DNA of 64,000 nucleotides from NCBI GenBank assembly GCA_963770895.1, contig CAVYRF010000002.1:4704001-4768000 (forward strand). Reading direction: 5' to 3'. Shown one piece after another: positions 1 through 9,032 of this stretch. The stretch is from an uncultured Acidobacteriota bacterium. Lineage in GTDB: Bacteria > Acidobacteriota > Thermoanaerobaculia > Multivoradales > UBA5704. Both the position numbers and the translations under genes were made by a program. Every line of letters begins with the position of its first letter. Within the stretch, counting starts at the first letter, position 1. Under the pieces are notes generated by a model that saw only the letters and a program-made list of their open reading frames with translations, did no database searches and was not told where the DNA came from.

Positions 1-1157
1 TCGAGGTCCCCCTCCGCCTCCGTCATCCCCATCGTCGGCGGGATGCGATCGCCGGCGACCGCCAGCGCGCACACCGCCGCCTCGATCGCCGAGGCGGCGC
101 CCATGGTGTGGCCGATCATCGATTTGACCGAGCTGATCGGCACCCGCGCGCCGGCGCCGAAGACCTGCCCCACGGCGGCGATCTCCAGGCGGTCGTTGGT
201 CGGCGTGCCGGTGCCGTGGGCGCTGATGTAGCTGACGTCGGCCGCCGTCACGCCGGCGTCGGCCAGCGCGTGCCGCATGGCGCGCACGGCGCCCTCCGCC
301 TGGGGGTGCGCGGCGGTCATGTGGTGGGCGTCGCACGACAGGCCGTAGCCGGCGATCTCGGCGTAGATGCGTGCCCCGCGGCGGCGGGCCGCCGCCAGCG
401 GCTCGAGCGCCAGGACCGCCGCCCCCTCGCCGGGGATCATGCCCTTGCGGTGGCGGTCGAACGGCTGGCAGCGTTCGGGCGCGATGGCGCCCAGGCGGGC
501 GAAGCCGGTGTAGGTGATGCGCGAAAAGGCGTCGGCGCCGCCGGCCAGCATCAGGTCGGCGCGGCCGGCGCGCAGGATGTCCATGGCGTGCGCCAGGGCG
601 TGGTTGCCGGCGGCGCAGGCCGCCGGCAGCATGGCGTTCATGCCGGCGAACCCGACTTCGCGCGCCACCTGCGCGGCGATCAGGTGGCAGGGGTAGAGGG
701 TCATGAAGTCTTCGCCCACCCGCTCCATGTCGCCGGCCAGCAGGTAGTCGTCGAAGCGCTCGATCTCCAGCGGCTCGCCCGAGGTGGTCCCCATCGCCAC
801 GCCGGCGCGCACGGCGGCGATGCCCGCCCGGTCGAGCGGGCCGCCCGGGCCGGCCAGCGCCGCCGGCGGCAGGTCGCGCGCGCCGTCGAACCCGGCGTCG
901 GCGAGCGCCAGGCGGGCGGCGGCGATCGCCATCTGCGAAGCGCGGCCCATGCGGCGCGGATCGAGGGTGCGGACAAACGCCTGCGGCGAGAAGTCGCGCA
1001 CCTCGGCGCCCAGGTGCACGGTCATGGCGCTGGTGTCGAAGGAGGCCACCGGCGCGAAGCCCAGGCGGCCGGCCAGCAGCGACTCCCACAGCCGCTCGCG
1101 GCCGGTGCCGACCGGAGTGACCGCGCCGATGCCGGTGACGGCGATGCGCGGCGTCAC
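1..1157 (-). CDS. fabF: Beta-ketoacyl-ACP synthase II (FabF-like KS), runs off the left edge
   Basis: Manual translation from GTG at 1157, which overlaps the ACP stop: MTPRIAVTGIGAVTPVG..., catalytic AAC(AAG), SAHGTGT and KSMIGHTMGAAS motifs. Confidence 0.85.
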   Translation of the reverse strand, partial: MTPRIAVTGIGAVTPVGTGRERLWESLLAGRLGFAPVASFDTSAMTVHLGAEVRDFSPQAFVRTLDPRRMGRASQMAIAAARLALADAGFDGARDLPPAALAGPGGPLDRAGIAAVRAGVAMGTTSGEPLEIERFDDYLLAGDMERVGEDFMTLYPCHLIAAQVAREVGFAGMNAMLPAACAAGNHALAHAMDILRAGRADLMLAGGADAFSRITYTGFARLGAIAPERCQPFDRHRKGMIPGEGAAVLALEPLAAARRRGARIYAEIAGYGLSCDAHHMTAAHPQAEGAVRAMRHALADAGVTAADVSYISAHGTGTPTNDRLEIAAVGQVFGAGARVPISSVKSMIGHTMGAASAIEAAVCALAVAGDRIPPTMGMTEAEGDL

Positions 1158-1441
1158 TCCGCCGCCACCGCGGACACCGGACTGGCGGCCGCTTGCAGCT
1201 CGGCGTGGCGCTGGATCACCAGGTCGACCAGGCTGGGCAGGTCCTCGATGCCGCGGTACGCCTCGTCAGGCAGGTTGAGCTGGAACGCCAGGTCGACGTC
1301 GACGCCGATCTCCAGCAGCGACAGCGAGTCGAGGTTGAGGTCGGCGCGGAGCTTCGCGTCGTCGCTAATCCGCTCGGGGTTGATGCCGGCGATGCTGCCG
1401 ATGATCTTCTTGACCTTGCCTGTGATCTCGGGGCGATCCAT
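1154..1441 (-). CDS. Acyl carrier protein
   Basis: 95 aa acidic protein with the DLNLDSL phosphopantetheine motif; translationally coupled to the KS gene. Confidence 0.9.
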   Translation of the reverse strand: MDRPEITGKVKKIIGSIAGINPERISDDAKLRADLNLDSLSLLEIGVDVDLAFQLNLPDEAYRGIEDLPSLVDLVIQRHAELQAAASPVSAVAAE

Positions 1442-1864
1442 GGCGTTCTCCTGTGGGTATGCGGACGTTGCAAAGTCGCGTACGTTGGCGATCCGGCCGG
1501 CTTGCGCCAGGCCGTGAGTCGAGCTCGCGTCGGTGCGGCCGGCAAACGCCGGCGCAGATGCGGCCCTATTCCGATGTTCGGGAAGCGGCCGGCACGACGT
1601 GAGTGTCCGTGATGGCCACGATTATAGGCCATATAGGCGATCTACGTGTCCCATTTGTTACCGACCCCGCGGAAGCGTACCTTAACAATAAAGCAGGCGC
1701 ACCTGGCGGCTCGCCTCCGGCTGGCCGCAGGCGGGTGGCGCCGCGCTTCAGTGGACCGGCGCCAGGACCAGGCGGCAGGCGACGGCTCTGTTGTCGAGCT
1801 GGTCGTGGGCGACGCTGGCGGCGTCCAGCGGCAGGACTTCGGAGGGAAGACTAGCGGGCGCGCG

Positions 1865-2272
1865 TCACGACGCCTGGCGCTCCGCCGCCAGGCAGGGGCG
1901 GAACTTGTAGCCGTAGACGATGTAGCCGTGCGGGCCGTTTTCGCGCAGCCGGCGGGTCACCATTTCCACCGGCATGCCGATCGCCACCTGGTCGGGATCG
2001 ACGTCGGTCAGCTGGGCGGTGACGCGGACGCCCTCTTCGAGGTCCACCAGGGCCACCATGTAGGGACCGGAAAAGCCGAGCGGCGGCTGCGCCACCTCGG
2101 CGAACGAATATACCGTGCCGCGGCCGCTGAAACGGTGGGGTGCGGCGTCGCGGCTGCCGCAGGCGCCGCAGGCCGGGCGCGGCGGGAACTGCACGGCGGC
2201 GCAGGCGCGGCACCGCTGCCCCTCCAGGCGGTAGTACGGCGCGGTCAGGCGGTGGTAGCGCGGCAGGTCCAT
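1865..2272 (-). CDS. DUF35 Zn-ribbon/OB-fold protein (PhlB-like thiolase-HMGS scaffold)
   Basis: CxxC...PP...CxxC rubredoxin-like ribbon followed by an OB-fold (GTVYSF, PYMVALVDLEEG, YGYKFRP). Confidence 0.9.
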   Translation of the reverse strand: MDLPRYHRLTAPYYRLEGQRCRACAAVQFPPRPACGACGSRDAAPHRFSGRGTVYSFAEVAQPPLGFSGPYMVALVDLEEGVRVTAQLTDVDPDQVAIGMPVEMVTRRLRENGPHGYIVYGYKFRPCLAAERQAS

Positions 2273-2276
2273 GGCG

Positions 2277-3425
2277 TCAGGCCTCCAGAACGTGGGTCAC
2301 GGCGATCGAGCCGTGGCCGCCGATCGACTGGGTGAGGGCGACGCGCGCGCCCGGCACCTGGTTGGCGCCGGCCTCGCGGCGCAGCTGGGCGGCGGCTTCG
2401 ACGATCTGGTAGGCGCCGCTCGCCCCCACCGGGTGCCCGCGCGCCTTGAGGCCGCCGCAGGTCGACAGCGGCACGCAGCCGCCGTTTGCGAAGCACCCGT
2501 GGGCGGCGCGCTTGAGCGCTTCGCCGCGGGGGGCGAAGCCGCAGGCTTCGAGCGACAGGGCGGTGATGATGGTGAAGGCGTCGTGGGCCTCGAAGAAATT
2601 GCAATCCTTGGGCGCGAAGCCGCTGGCCGCGAACGCCTTTTCCGCCGAGCGGCGGGCGGCGGCCAGGGTCAGCAGGTCGGCGCGGCCGGCCAGGCCGATG
2701 GTGTCGGTGGCGACGGCCGAGGCGGCGATGCGCACCTGGCGGTGCTCGGGGCGCAGCGCCGGGCGGGCGCAGACCACCACCGCCGCGGCGCCGTCGCACA
2801 CCGGCGCGGCGTCCAGCACGCCGATGGGGGCGGCCACCTGCGGCGAGCGGGCGAACTGTTCGCGCGAGATGGGCTCGCGGAACATCGCGTTGGCGTTGGC
2901 CGCGGCGTTGCGGTGGGCGTTGACCGCGAAGGGCGCAAACTCTTCGCGGCTGGCGCCCGTCTCGTGCATGTAGCGCCGCATGAGCAGCGCCGAGAGCGCC
3001 ACGAACGACAGGCCGTGGCTGGCTTCGAAGTCGCCGTCGGCGGCGGTGGCCAGGCCGCCGGTCACCTGGTCGGAGACGGCGTCGGTCATCTTTTCGACCC
3101 CCACCGCCACCGCCACGTCGTGGACGCCGGCCGCCACCGCCAGGGTCGCGGCGCGCACCGCCGCCGCCCCCGAAGCGCAGGCGGCCTCCACCTTCCAGGC
3201 TTCCGCCGGCAGCAGCCCGGCGGCGTCGGCCAGCAGGGCGCCCAGGTTTTCCTGGCCGTTGAGCGCGCCGCCCAGCATGTTGCCGGCGTAGAGCGCGTCC
3301 ACCGCTTCGATGCCGGCGTCGGCCAGGGCGGCGCGCACGGCGGCCGCTCCCAGGTCGCGCAGGCCCAGGCCCCAATGCTCTCCCACCGGCGTCTGGCCGG
3401 CGCCGACGATGAAGACGTCTCTCAT
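2277..3425 (-). CDS. Archaeal/SCP2-type thiolase (acetyl-CoA acetyltransferase)
   Basis: Starts MRDVFIVGAGQT at an ATGA overlap; VEAACASG, FEAHDAF and GGLKARGHPVGASG motifs. Confidence 0.9.
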   Translation of the reverse strand: MRDVFIVGAGQTPVGEHWGLGLRDLGAAAVRAALADAGIEAVDALYAGNMLGGALNGQENLGALLADAAGLLPAEAWKVEAACASGAAAVRAATLAVAAGVHDVAVAVGVEKMTDAVSDQVTGGLATAADGDFEASHGLSFVALSALLMRRYMHETGASREEFAPFAVNAHRNAAANANAMFREPISREQFARSPQVAAPIGVLDAAPVCDGAAAVVVCARPALRPEHRQVRIAASAVATDTIGLAGRADLLTLAAARRSAEKAFAASGFAPKDCNFFEAHDAFTIITALSLEACGFAPRGEALKRAAHGCFANGGCVPLSTCGGLKARGHPVGASGAYQIVEAAAQLRREAGANQVPGARVALTQSIGGHGSIAVTHVLEA

Positions 3426-4489
3426 GCGCGCCGGATCTTTCCCCGCAGCCGCAGGTATTGGCCGTAGCCGTCGACCAGGCGCCGGCGGTCCAGGTAGTTG
3501 GCGACGGTGGGGCCGGCGCGGCGCGCGGCGATGCGCTCCGTCACCTCGAAGGAGAAAGCATCGCTGCCGGCCCCCGAGCCGTAGGAGCAGAAAAAGATCC
3601 GCTCGCCGGGCCGGGCCACGTCCAGAACCGCCGCCAGGCCGAGCAGCGACGAGCCCGAATAGGCGTTGCCCATGCGCGTCGCCACCAGGCCGGTGGCGAT
3701 CTGCTGGCGCGCGAAGCCCAGCTCGGCCGCGGCTTTTTCGACGAACTTGGGCACCGGCTGGTGGAACACGGCGTGGGCAAAGTCGCGCGGCTGGCGCCCC
3801 ACTTCGGCCAGCAGGCGCCGCGACGCCGCCAACGTGTGATGAAAGTAGGAAGGCTCGCCGGTGAAGCGGCCGCCGTGCTCGGGATAGTGCGCCGCCTCGC
3901 GGCGGAAAAAGTCCGGCGTGTCGGTGACGTGCGACACCGACGCTTCGACCACCGCCAGGGCGTCCGCGGCGTCGCCGAACAGGTAGGCGGCGCCGCCGCA
4001 GCCGGCGGTGTACTCCAGGGCGTCGCCGGGCTTGGCCTGCGCCGTGTCCATGCCGATGGCGAGCGCCGCTTCGACCATGCCCGAGCCGACGAAGGCCACC
4101 GCCGCCTGCATCGCTTCGCTGCCCGCCTTGCAGGCAAACTCCATGTCGGCGGCTACCACGTGCGGCGTGATCCCCAGCGCTTCGGCCACCACCGTCGCCG
4201 AAGGCTTGACCGCGTAGGGCTTCGATTCCGTCCCCACCCACACGGCGCCGATCTGGCGCTGCACCGCGTCGCGGTCGAGCGCGGCGCCGGCGCGGTCGAG
4301 CGCCGTGCGCGCCGCTTCGATCGCCATCGTCACCACGTCTTCGTCGGCCGCGGCCACCGACTTTTCGGCCACCGCCGGCGCGGCGCTGCCGCGCGCCCGC
4401 CAGGTGGCGGCGATGTCGGCGGTGCGCACGCGCAGGCGCGGCACGTAGGCGCCGTAGCCGGTGATCCCGACGGCGCGTTGCGATCTCAT
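3422..4489 (-). CDS. Archaeal-type hydroxymethylglutaryl-CoA synthase
   Basis: GITGYGAYVP, GTESKPYAVKP, DMEFACKAG (catalytic Cys), RFTGEPSYF, FHQP, GNAYSG and SYGSGAGSDAF; ATGA overlap with the TetR stop. Confidence 0.9.
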   Translation of the reverse strand: MRSQRAVGITGYGAYVPRLRVRTADIAATWRARGSAAPAVAEKSVAAADEDVVTMAIEAARTALDRAGAALDRDAVQRQIGAVWVGTESKPYAVKPSATVVAEALGITPHVVAADMEFACKAGSEAMQAAVAFVGSGMVEAALAIGMDTAQAKPGDALEYTAGCGGAAYLFGDAADALAVVEASVSHVTDTPDFFRREAAHYPEHGGRFTGEPSYFHHTLAASRRLLAEVGRQPRDFAHAVFHQPVPKFVEKAAAELGFARQQIATGLVATRMGNAYSGSSLLGLAAVLDVARPGERIFFCSYGSGAGSDAFSFEVTERIAARRAGPTVANYLDRRRLVDGYGQYLRLRGKIRRA

Positions 4490-5238
4490 CGTGCAGGCCC
4501 TTTCGGGGTGGCCGGCGGCGCTGGCGCCGCTGAAGAGTGGCCGGCCGGAGCGCGCGGGCGGCGCGGTTTTTGCGCCGGGCGGCGGCGCGCGCGGCGCGCG
4601 GTGGGAGTGGCGGCGGCGGCGCCGGCGGTCGACGGCGCGATCTCCAGGCCGCCGAAAAACAGGTCGAGCATGTCGGCGGCCAGGCGGTCGGCCGGGATCT
4701 TGCCGTCGGGGCGAAACCATTTGTAGATCCACAGCACCATGCCGAGAAACGAGAACGCCGCCACCCGCGGCTCGACCGGGCGGATGCGCCCTTCGCGCAG
4801 CGCCTCTTCGAACGAGGCTTCCAGGAAGTGCACGTAGCGCTTCTTGCGGGCGTTGATCTGCTGCCGCGCCGCGCCGGTCAGGGTTTCGTGCTCGTGCAGG
4901 ATGATGGTGACCTCCTTGCTCCAGCCCTCGGTCACCAGATGGATGTTCTTTTCCATGCACGCCTTCAACCGCTCGACCGGATCGGCGATCGCCAGCACCG
5001 GCAGCAGCACCTGCTCTTCGAAGATATCCATGCCGTAGCTCATGATTTCGAGCAGCAGGTCTTCCTTGCTACGGATGTAGTAATACAGCCCGGCCTTGGT
5101 CAGCCCGCAGGCTTCGGCGATGTCGTTCACCGACGCCGCTTCGTACCCCTTGTCGCAGATCAGCCGCGCCGCCGTCTCCAGCACCGCCCGATGCCGCTCG
5201 CGATGGACATCCGACCCCGCCTCCGGCGTGCGCGCCAC
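4486..5238 (-). CDS. TetR-family regulator, AibR-like (acyl-CoA sensing)
   Basis: N-terminal TetR HTH. Segments AVLETAARLIC, GWSKEVTIILHEH and AFSFLGMVLWIYKWF match my recollection of Myxococcus AibR. Confidence 0.85.
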   Translation of the reverse strand: MARTPEAGSDVHRERHRAVLETAARLICDKGYEAASVNDIAEACGLTKAGLYYYIRSKEDLLLEIMSYGMDIFEEQVLLPVLAIADPVERLKACMEKNIHLVTEGWSKEVTIILHEHETLTGAARQQINARKKRYVHFLEASFEEALREGRIRPVEPRVAAFSFLGMVLWIYKWFRPDGKIPADRLAADMLDLFFGGLEIAPSTAGAAAATPTARRARRRPAQKPRRPRAPAGHSSAAPAPPATPKGPAR

Positions 5239-5255
5239 GGAAAATTCCTTTCAGA

Positions 5256-5322
5256 TACCGACCACTCGGTAGAATTCTACCGATCGGTCGGTAGTCTAGG
5301 TCCGCCATTCCCGGACTGTCAA
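5256..5322 (-). promoter_or_regulatory. Sigma70-like promoter (TTGACA-N18-TAGACT) with a double TetR operator TACCGA-N4-TCGGTA
   Basis: -35 at 5322-5317 and -10 at 5298-5293. A 38-bp near-perfect palindrome at 5256-5293 is made of two TACCGA-N4-TCGGTA boxes 22 bp apart. Confidence 0.75.
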
Positions 5323-5430
5323 GGGCGCCCGGAACGTGCGGGGGAGCGTGCCGGCGTTGGGGTCTGGTATCGTGCCGGTCGCCTGGTGCGGCGGCGGAGG
5401 AGCCGCGGTGCGGCGGGCGCCTGGGAATTC

Positions 5431-6213
5431 ATGCTGCCGACGATTGCTGCTACACGCTATGTGACGCCGCTGCGCGAGGGGGGATCGCTGCCTGCGATTG
5501 TGGAGGCGAGCGACCTGGGGTTCTATGTGCTCAAGTTCCGCGGCGCCGGGCAGGGGCCGCTGGCGCTGGTGGCGGAGGTGATCGCGGGCGAAATTGGGCG
5601 GGCGCTGGGGCTCAAGGTGCCGGCGCTGGCGCTGGTCGAGGTGGATGCGGCGCTGGGCAGGAACGAGCCGGATGCGGAGATCCGCGAGCTGCTGCGGGCG
5701 AGCGTCGGGATCAACCTGGGGGTCGACTACCTGCCGGGGTCGGCGGGCTTCGACGCGGCGGCCGGCGACCCGGTGGCGGCGGAGCTGGCGTCGGCGATCG
5801 TGTGGTTTGACGCGTTTGTGACCAACGTCGATCGCACGCCGCGCAACCCCAACCTGCTGTGGTGGCACCGGACGCTGTTCTTGATCGATCACGGCGCGGC
5901 GCTGTACTTCCACCACGGCTGGCGGGACGTGGAGGCGAATGCGCGCAGCCCGTTTGCGGCGGTGCGCAACCACGTGCTGCTGCCTTGGGCCGGCGCGATC
6001 GAGGAGGCGGACCGGCGGCTGCGGCCGCGGCTGGATGCGGCGCTCTTTGCGCGCATCCTGGACGGCATTCCCGACGCCTGGCTGGCGGGCGAGCCGGGCC
6101 CCGCGCTGCCGGCGGACAAACGCGCCGGCTACCTGGAGTTCCTCAACCTGCGGCTGGCCTCGGCGCCGGCCTTTGTCGAGGAGGCGGTGCGTGCCCGCTC
6201 CCAGCTCGTTTGA
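5431..6213 (+). CDS. HipA-like kinase
   Basis: RYVTPLREGGSLP, YVLKFRGAGQG, NVDRTPRNPNLL and LIDHG motifs. Confidence 0.85.
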   Translation: MLPTIAATRYVTPLREGGSLPAIVEASDLGFYVLKFRGAGQGPLALVAEVIAGEIGRALGLKVPALALVEVDAALGRNEPDAEIRELLRASVGINLGVDYLPGSAGFDAAAGDPVAAELASAIVWFDAFVTNVDRTPRNPNLLWWHRTLFLIDHGAALYFHHGWRDVEANARSPFAAVRNHVLLPWAGAIEEADRRLRPRLDAALFARILDGIPDAWLAGEPGPALPADKRAGYLEFLNLRLASAPAFVEEAVRARSQLV

Positions 6214-6580
6214 TTACGCGGTGGTGCGTATCGTGCCGCGGGTCGAGCGCGAGGAGTTCATCAATGCGGGAGTGGTGCTGTTCTGCCTGGGGCAGGACTT
6301 TCTGAGCGCCAGGACCGAGGTGAATGCGGCGCGCATCCTGGCCTTGTGGCCCGCCGCCGACCTGGACACCATCCGCCACCACCTGGCCGCCGTCCCCAGG
6401 ATCTGCGCCGGCCTTCCCGAAGCCGGCCCCATCGCCAGGCTTTCGCTGCGCGAGCGCTTCCACTGGCTGGTCGCCCCGCGCAGCACCATCATCCAGGTTT
6501 CGCCGGTGCATTCGGGCCTGTGCGAGTCCCCGGCCAGCGCCCTGGACCACCTCTTCCGTCAGATCGTCGACCTGCCCTGA
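6191..6580 (+). CDS. DUF3037 protein
   Basis: FDYAVVRIVPRVEREEFINAGV...ERFHWLVAPRST; overlaps the kinase gene, the usual pairing. Confidence 0.85.
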   Translation: MPAPSSFDYAVVRIVPRVEREEFINAGVVLFCLGQDFLSARTEVNAARILALWPAADLDTIRHHLAAVPRICAGLPEAGPIARLSLRERFHWLVAPRSTIIQVSPVHSGLCESPASALDHLFRQIVDLP

Positions 6581-6646
6581 CCTCCCTGACCTCCCTGACC
6601 CGCTGGCCCCCAGGGTCCGCGGGGGGCGAATGAACCGGGCGGGACA

Positions 6647-7207
6647 CTAGGTTGCGGGGTCGGTGCGCGCCGCCTTGGCGGTGAGGATGGCCTGGCCGAG
6701 GTGCCGCTGGGTGTGCTCGGCCAGGTGTACCGCCAGGCCCATGGCGGTCGTCGGCAGCTGGGCGCGGCCCACAGCGCGAGGTTGGGCGAGACGGGCGGGG
6801 TCGAGCGCGCGCACGACCGCTTCCGCCCGCGTCAGGGCGGCGTCCACCGCGGCCAGCAGCTCTTCCAGGGACGCCCCCGGCGCCATCTCGGCGGCGAGCG
6901 CGGCAAGCTGGCGCGGGGTGAGCGGGCGGCCTTCCAGGTAGGTGGTCAGCCGGTCGACGCTGCCGGCGATGTGGCGCAGCTGAAAACCCAGCGGCGCCAG
7001 CCCCGGCGGGCTGGCCCAGACCTGCCGCTGGCTGAGGCCGTCCGTCCACCGCGCCAGGTCTTCGCGCACCTGCTGGAAGCTGCGCAGCACCGGCGCCAGC
7101 AGCGGATCGACGTCCGGCAGCGGCCCGCGCAGCCAGGGCTCCGGCAACGCCTCCCGGTCCGTCGGCGCGGGGGGGCTGTCAGGTTTGCCGTTGCGCAGGC
7201 GTCTCAT
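6647..7207 (-). CDS. DinB family protein
   Basis: EPWLRGP, RHIAGSVDRL and HLAEHTQRHLGQ His triad. Confidence 0.8.
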   Translation of the reverse strand: MRRLRNGKPDSPPAPTDREALPEPWLRGPLPDVDPLLAPVLRSFQQVREDLARWTDGLSQRQVWASPPGLAPLGFQLRHIAGSVDRLTTYLEGRPLTPRQLAALAAEMAPGASLEELLAAVDAALTRAEAVVRALDPARLAQPRAVGRAQLPTTAMGLAVHLAEHTQRHLGQAILTAKAARTDPAT

Positions 7208-7208
7208 G

Positions 7209-7613
7209 TCAGCCGCCGGCGCGCTTGGCGCGGTAGCCGGCGGCGGCGAGGTCGGCGGTCAGGCGGTCGGCGTGGTCGCCTTGGATTTCCAGCTCGAAGC
7301 AGGGGTCGCCGGCGCGGGTCTGCGCGGCGCGCAGGCTGCCGCCGCTGCCGTAGCGGCGCTTGAGGTCCGCCAGCAGGGCCGCGGCGTCGGAGCGCACCAG
7401 GACCAGCGGGCCGGCGGTGGTGACCACCTTGCCGCCGCGGCCGGCCTTTTCCCGCCGCACCCGCACGTCCTGCTGCTGGGCGGGCAGGCTGCGCGCCGGC
7501 TCGCAGCGGCAGGGATCGGCGCCGCACCGCGGGCAGCCGGCTGCGGGCCGCGGGCGGCCGGCGGAGCCGTGCTCCGTCGAATAGACCTGCCGGGATACCG
7601 GCGGGCGGGACAC
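7209..7613 (-). CDS. SUI1/YciH-family translation initiation factor
   Basis: VYSTE, CxxC...CxC, RREKAGRGGKVVT, LEIQGDH and KRAGG. Confidence 0.85.
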   Translation of the reverse strand: MSRPPVSRQVYSTEHGSAGRPRPAAGCPRCGADPCRCEPARSLPAQQQDVRVRREKAGRGGKVVTTAGPLVLVRSDAAALLADLKRRYGSGGSLRAAQTRAGDPCFELEIQGDHADRLTADLAAAGYRAKRAGG

Positions 7614-8020
7614 TAGGCCTGGCCGTCGTCCAGGGTGTATTGGAGATGGTAGGAGTGCTTGCCGTCGGCGATGTCGATCTGCATGGTGCCGGCGAGTCCC
7701 AGCAGCTGGTCGGTGCCGGAATCGGGCACGACCATGATGCTGAGCTGCGGCACGCCGCGGGTCATGACGCCGTGGTGTTGCAGGGCGAAGCTGCCGTTGC
7801 GGCCGTGCAGGTGGCCGGTGACGTGCTCGATGGCGACGTAGCCGGCCGAGCCTTTGACCGCGGTGCCGGCGCTCAGCATCTCACCCTGGGAGGTGGCTTC
7901 CAGGTCGCCGCGGTACTGCTTGGCAAGCGCGAAGCGGCCCAGCACCGCGGCGGTGCCTGGGTCGGCGGTCTGCTGCGGGGTCATTTTGACTTCGAAGCTG
8001 CCCTTGCCCTGCTCCGCCAT
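7613..8020 (-). CDS. DUF3224 protein
   Basis: GSAGYVAIE, GSFALQH and VVPDSGTDQLLGLAG. Confidence 0.85.
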   Translation of the reverse strand: MAEQGKGSFEVKMTPQQTADPGTAAVLGRFALAKQYRGDLEATSQGEMLSAGTAVKGSAGYVAIEHVTGHLHGRNGSFALQHHGVMTRGVPQLSIMVVPDSGTDQLLGLAGTMQIDIADGKHSYHLQYTLDDGQA

Positions 8021-8195
8021 CGGCGTTTTGCCTCCGTTGTGTCAGCTGTGCCGGCTGCCTGGATCTGCCCCGGCGTGCCGCGGTAACCAGGCGGTAGTAT
8101 ATACCTTCCCGCACAATGCAGTCGAGGCCCGCGGCAGAAACGTGCGGGCCTCGACGGCAGGGTTGTGGATCAGCGATTTGTGGGCGGAGGCGGGA

Positions 8196-8750
8196 TCAGG
8201 CGCCCATGAACTCGACGTGGACGTAGGTGCCGAGCCGCACGTTGTAGGCCAGGTAATAGCCCGGATGGTCCGGGTCCTCGTAGATCACGATCTGGTCGCT
8301 GCCCCAGAGCCAATCGCCGCAGTAGCCGTAGTCGTACGCTGCGACGCTGAAGAAATAGCCGCCGATCGCGAACCGCTCGCGGCCGCCGCCGGTCAGGCGG
8401 TAGACGTGGCCGGGGCCGAAGCCGCCGGGGAAGTGGCCGTGGGCCCAGGGGTGATCCAGGTGGTAGTGGGCGTCGCCCGGTCCGCTGTCGTGACCCACCC
8501 AGCGATCGGTTTTTGCGTCCACGTGCGGCGCGTCGGGATGTCCGGGCTGTTCGGCGAAATGCCGCGCTTGCGGGGCGGCGGGGCGCGCCGGGGTGCCGTG
8601 GGGCGCCGGGGTGCCGTGGGACGCCTCCGGACCGTGCGCCGGGATGTGCCCGCCGCCGACTTCGTGCTCGTTGCCGCGTGGCTGCTGCGCCAGGACGGCA
8701 AGCGAAAAAAGCATCAGGGGTGCTGCCAGCGCCAAGACCAGTCTCTTCAT
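8196..8750 (-). CDS. Secreted His/Gly-rich hypothetical protein
   Basis: Signal peptide [12 protein letters not shown] after a GGAGG RBS; C-terminal [26 protein letters not shown]. Confidence 0.7.
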   Translation of the reverse strand: MKRLVLALAAPLMLFSLAVLAQQPRGNEHEVGGGHIPAHGPEASHGTPAPHGTPARPAAPQARHFAEQPGHPDAPHVDAKTDRWVGHDSGPGDAHYHLDHPWAHGHFPGGFGPGHVYRLTGGGRERFAIGGYFFSVAAYDYGYCGDWLWGSDQIVIYEDPDHPGYYLAYNVRLGTYVHVEFMGA

Positions 8751-9032
8751 GCGGCCTCCCCTCCTGTCCAAGGAGTCTGTAATCCAGTCCGTCTCTTATG
8801 GAATCGCCAAACAGAAGTTGACTCAATGGAAGCGCTCGGTGGCCGGCTGGTGCGCCTGGCACCGCCGTCGCCGCTACGCCTCCCCGCAGAACAGGGCCTG
8901 CAGGAACTGTGCCTTCTTCCCCGCGATGCCGGCGCGCGGCTGGCCAGCGGCCGGCCTGGCGCGCCGGTCGCCCGGTCCCGCGGGGCGCCGATGCCCAGGC
9001 AGGGGAGAGGGACCAGGGTAAGATGGCGCGCG

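Noticed and set aside
1865-4489. PhlABC (DAPG) biosynthesis
   Set aside because: No phlD type III PKS in the window, and the HMGS keeps its catalytic Cys and archaeal signatures
6571-6600. Short CCTCCCTGA tandem repeat after DUF3037, and a short direct repeat at about 56082-56140
   Set aside because: Two or three copies only; likely slippage with no evident function
7854-9032. N-terminal extensions of ORF-track calls (7854, 4537, 4960, 4241, 23198, 50563, 54120)
   Set aside because: They overlap other genes; true starts were reassigned from RBS, translational coupling and motif onset
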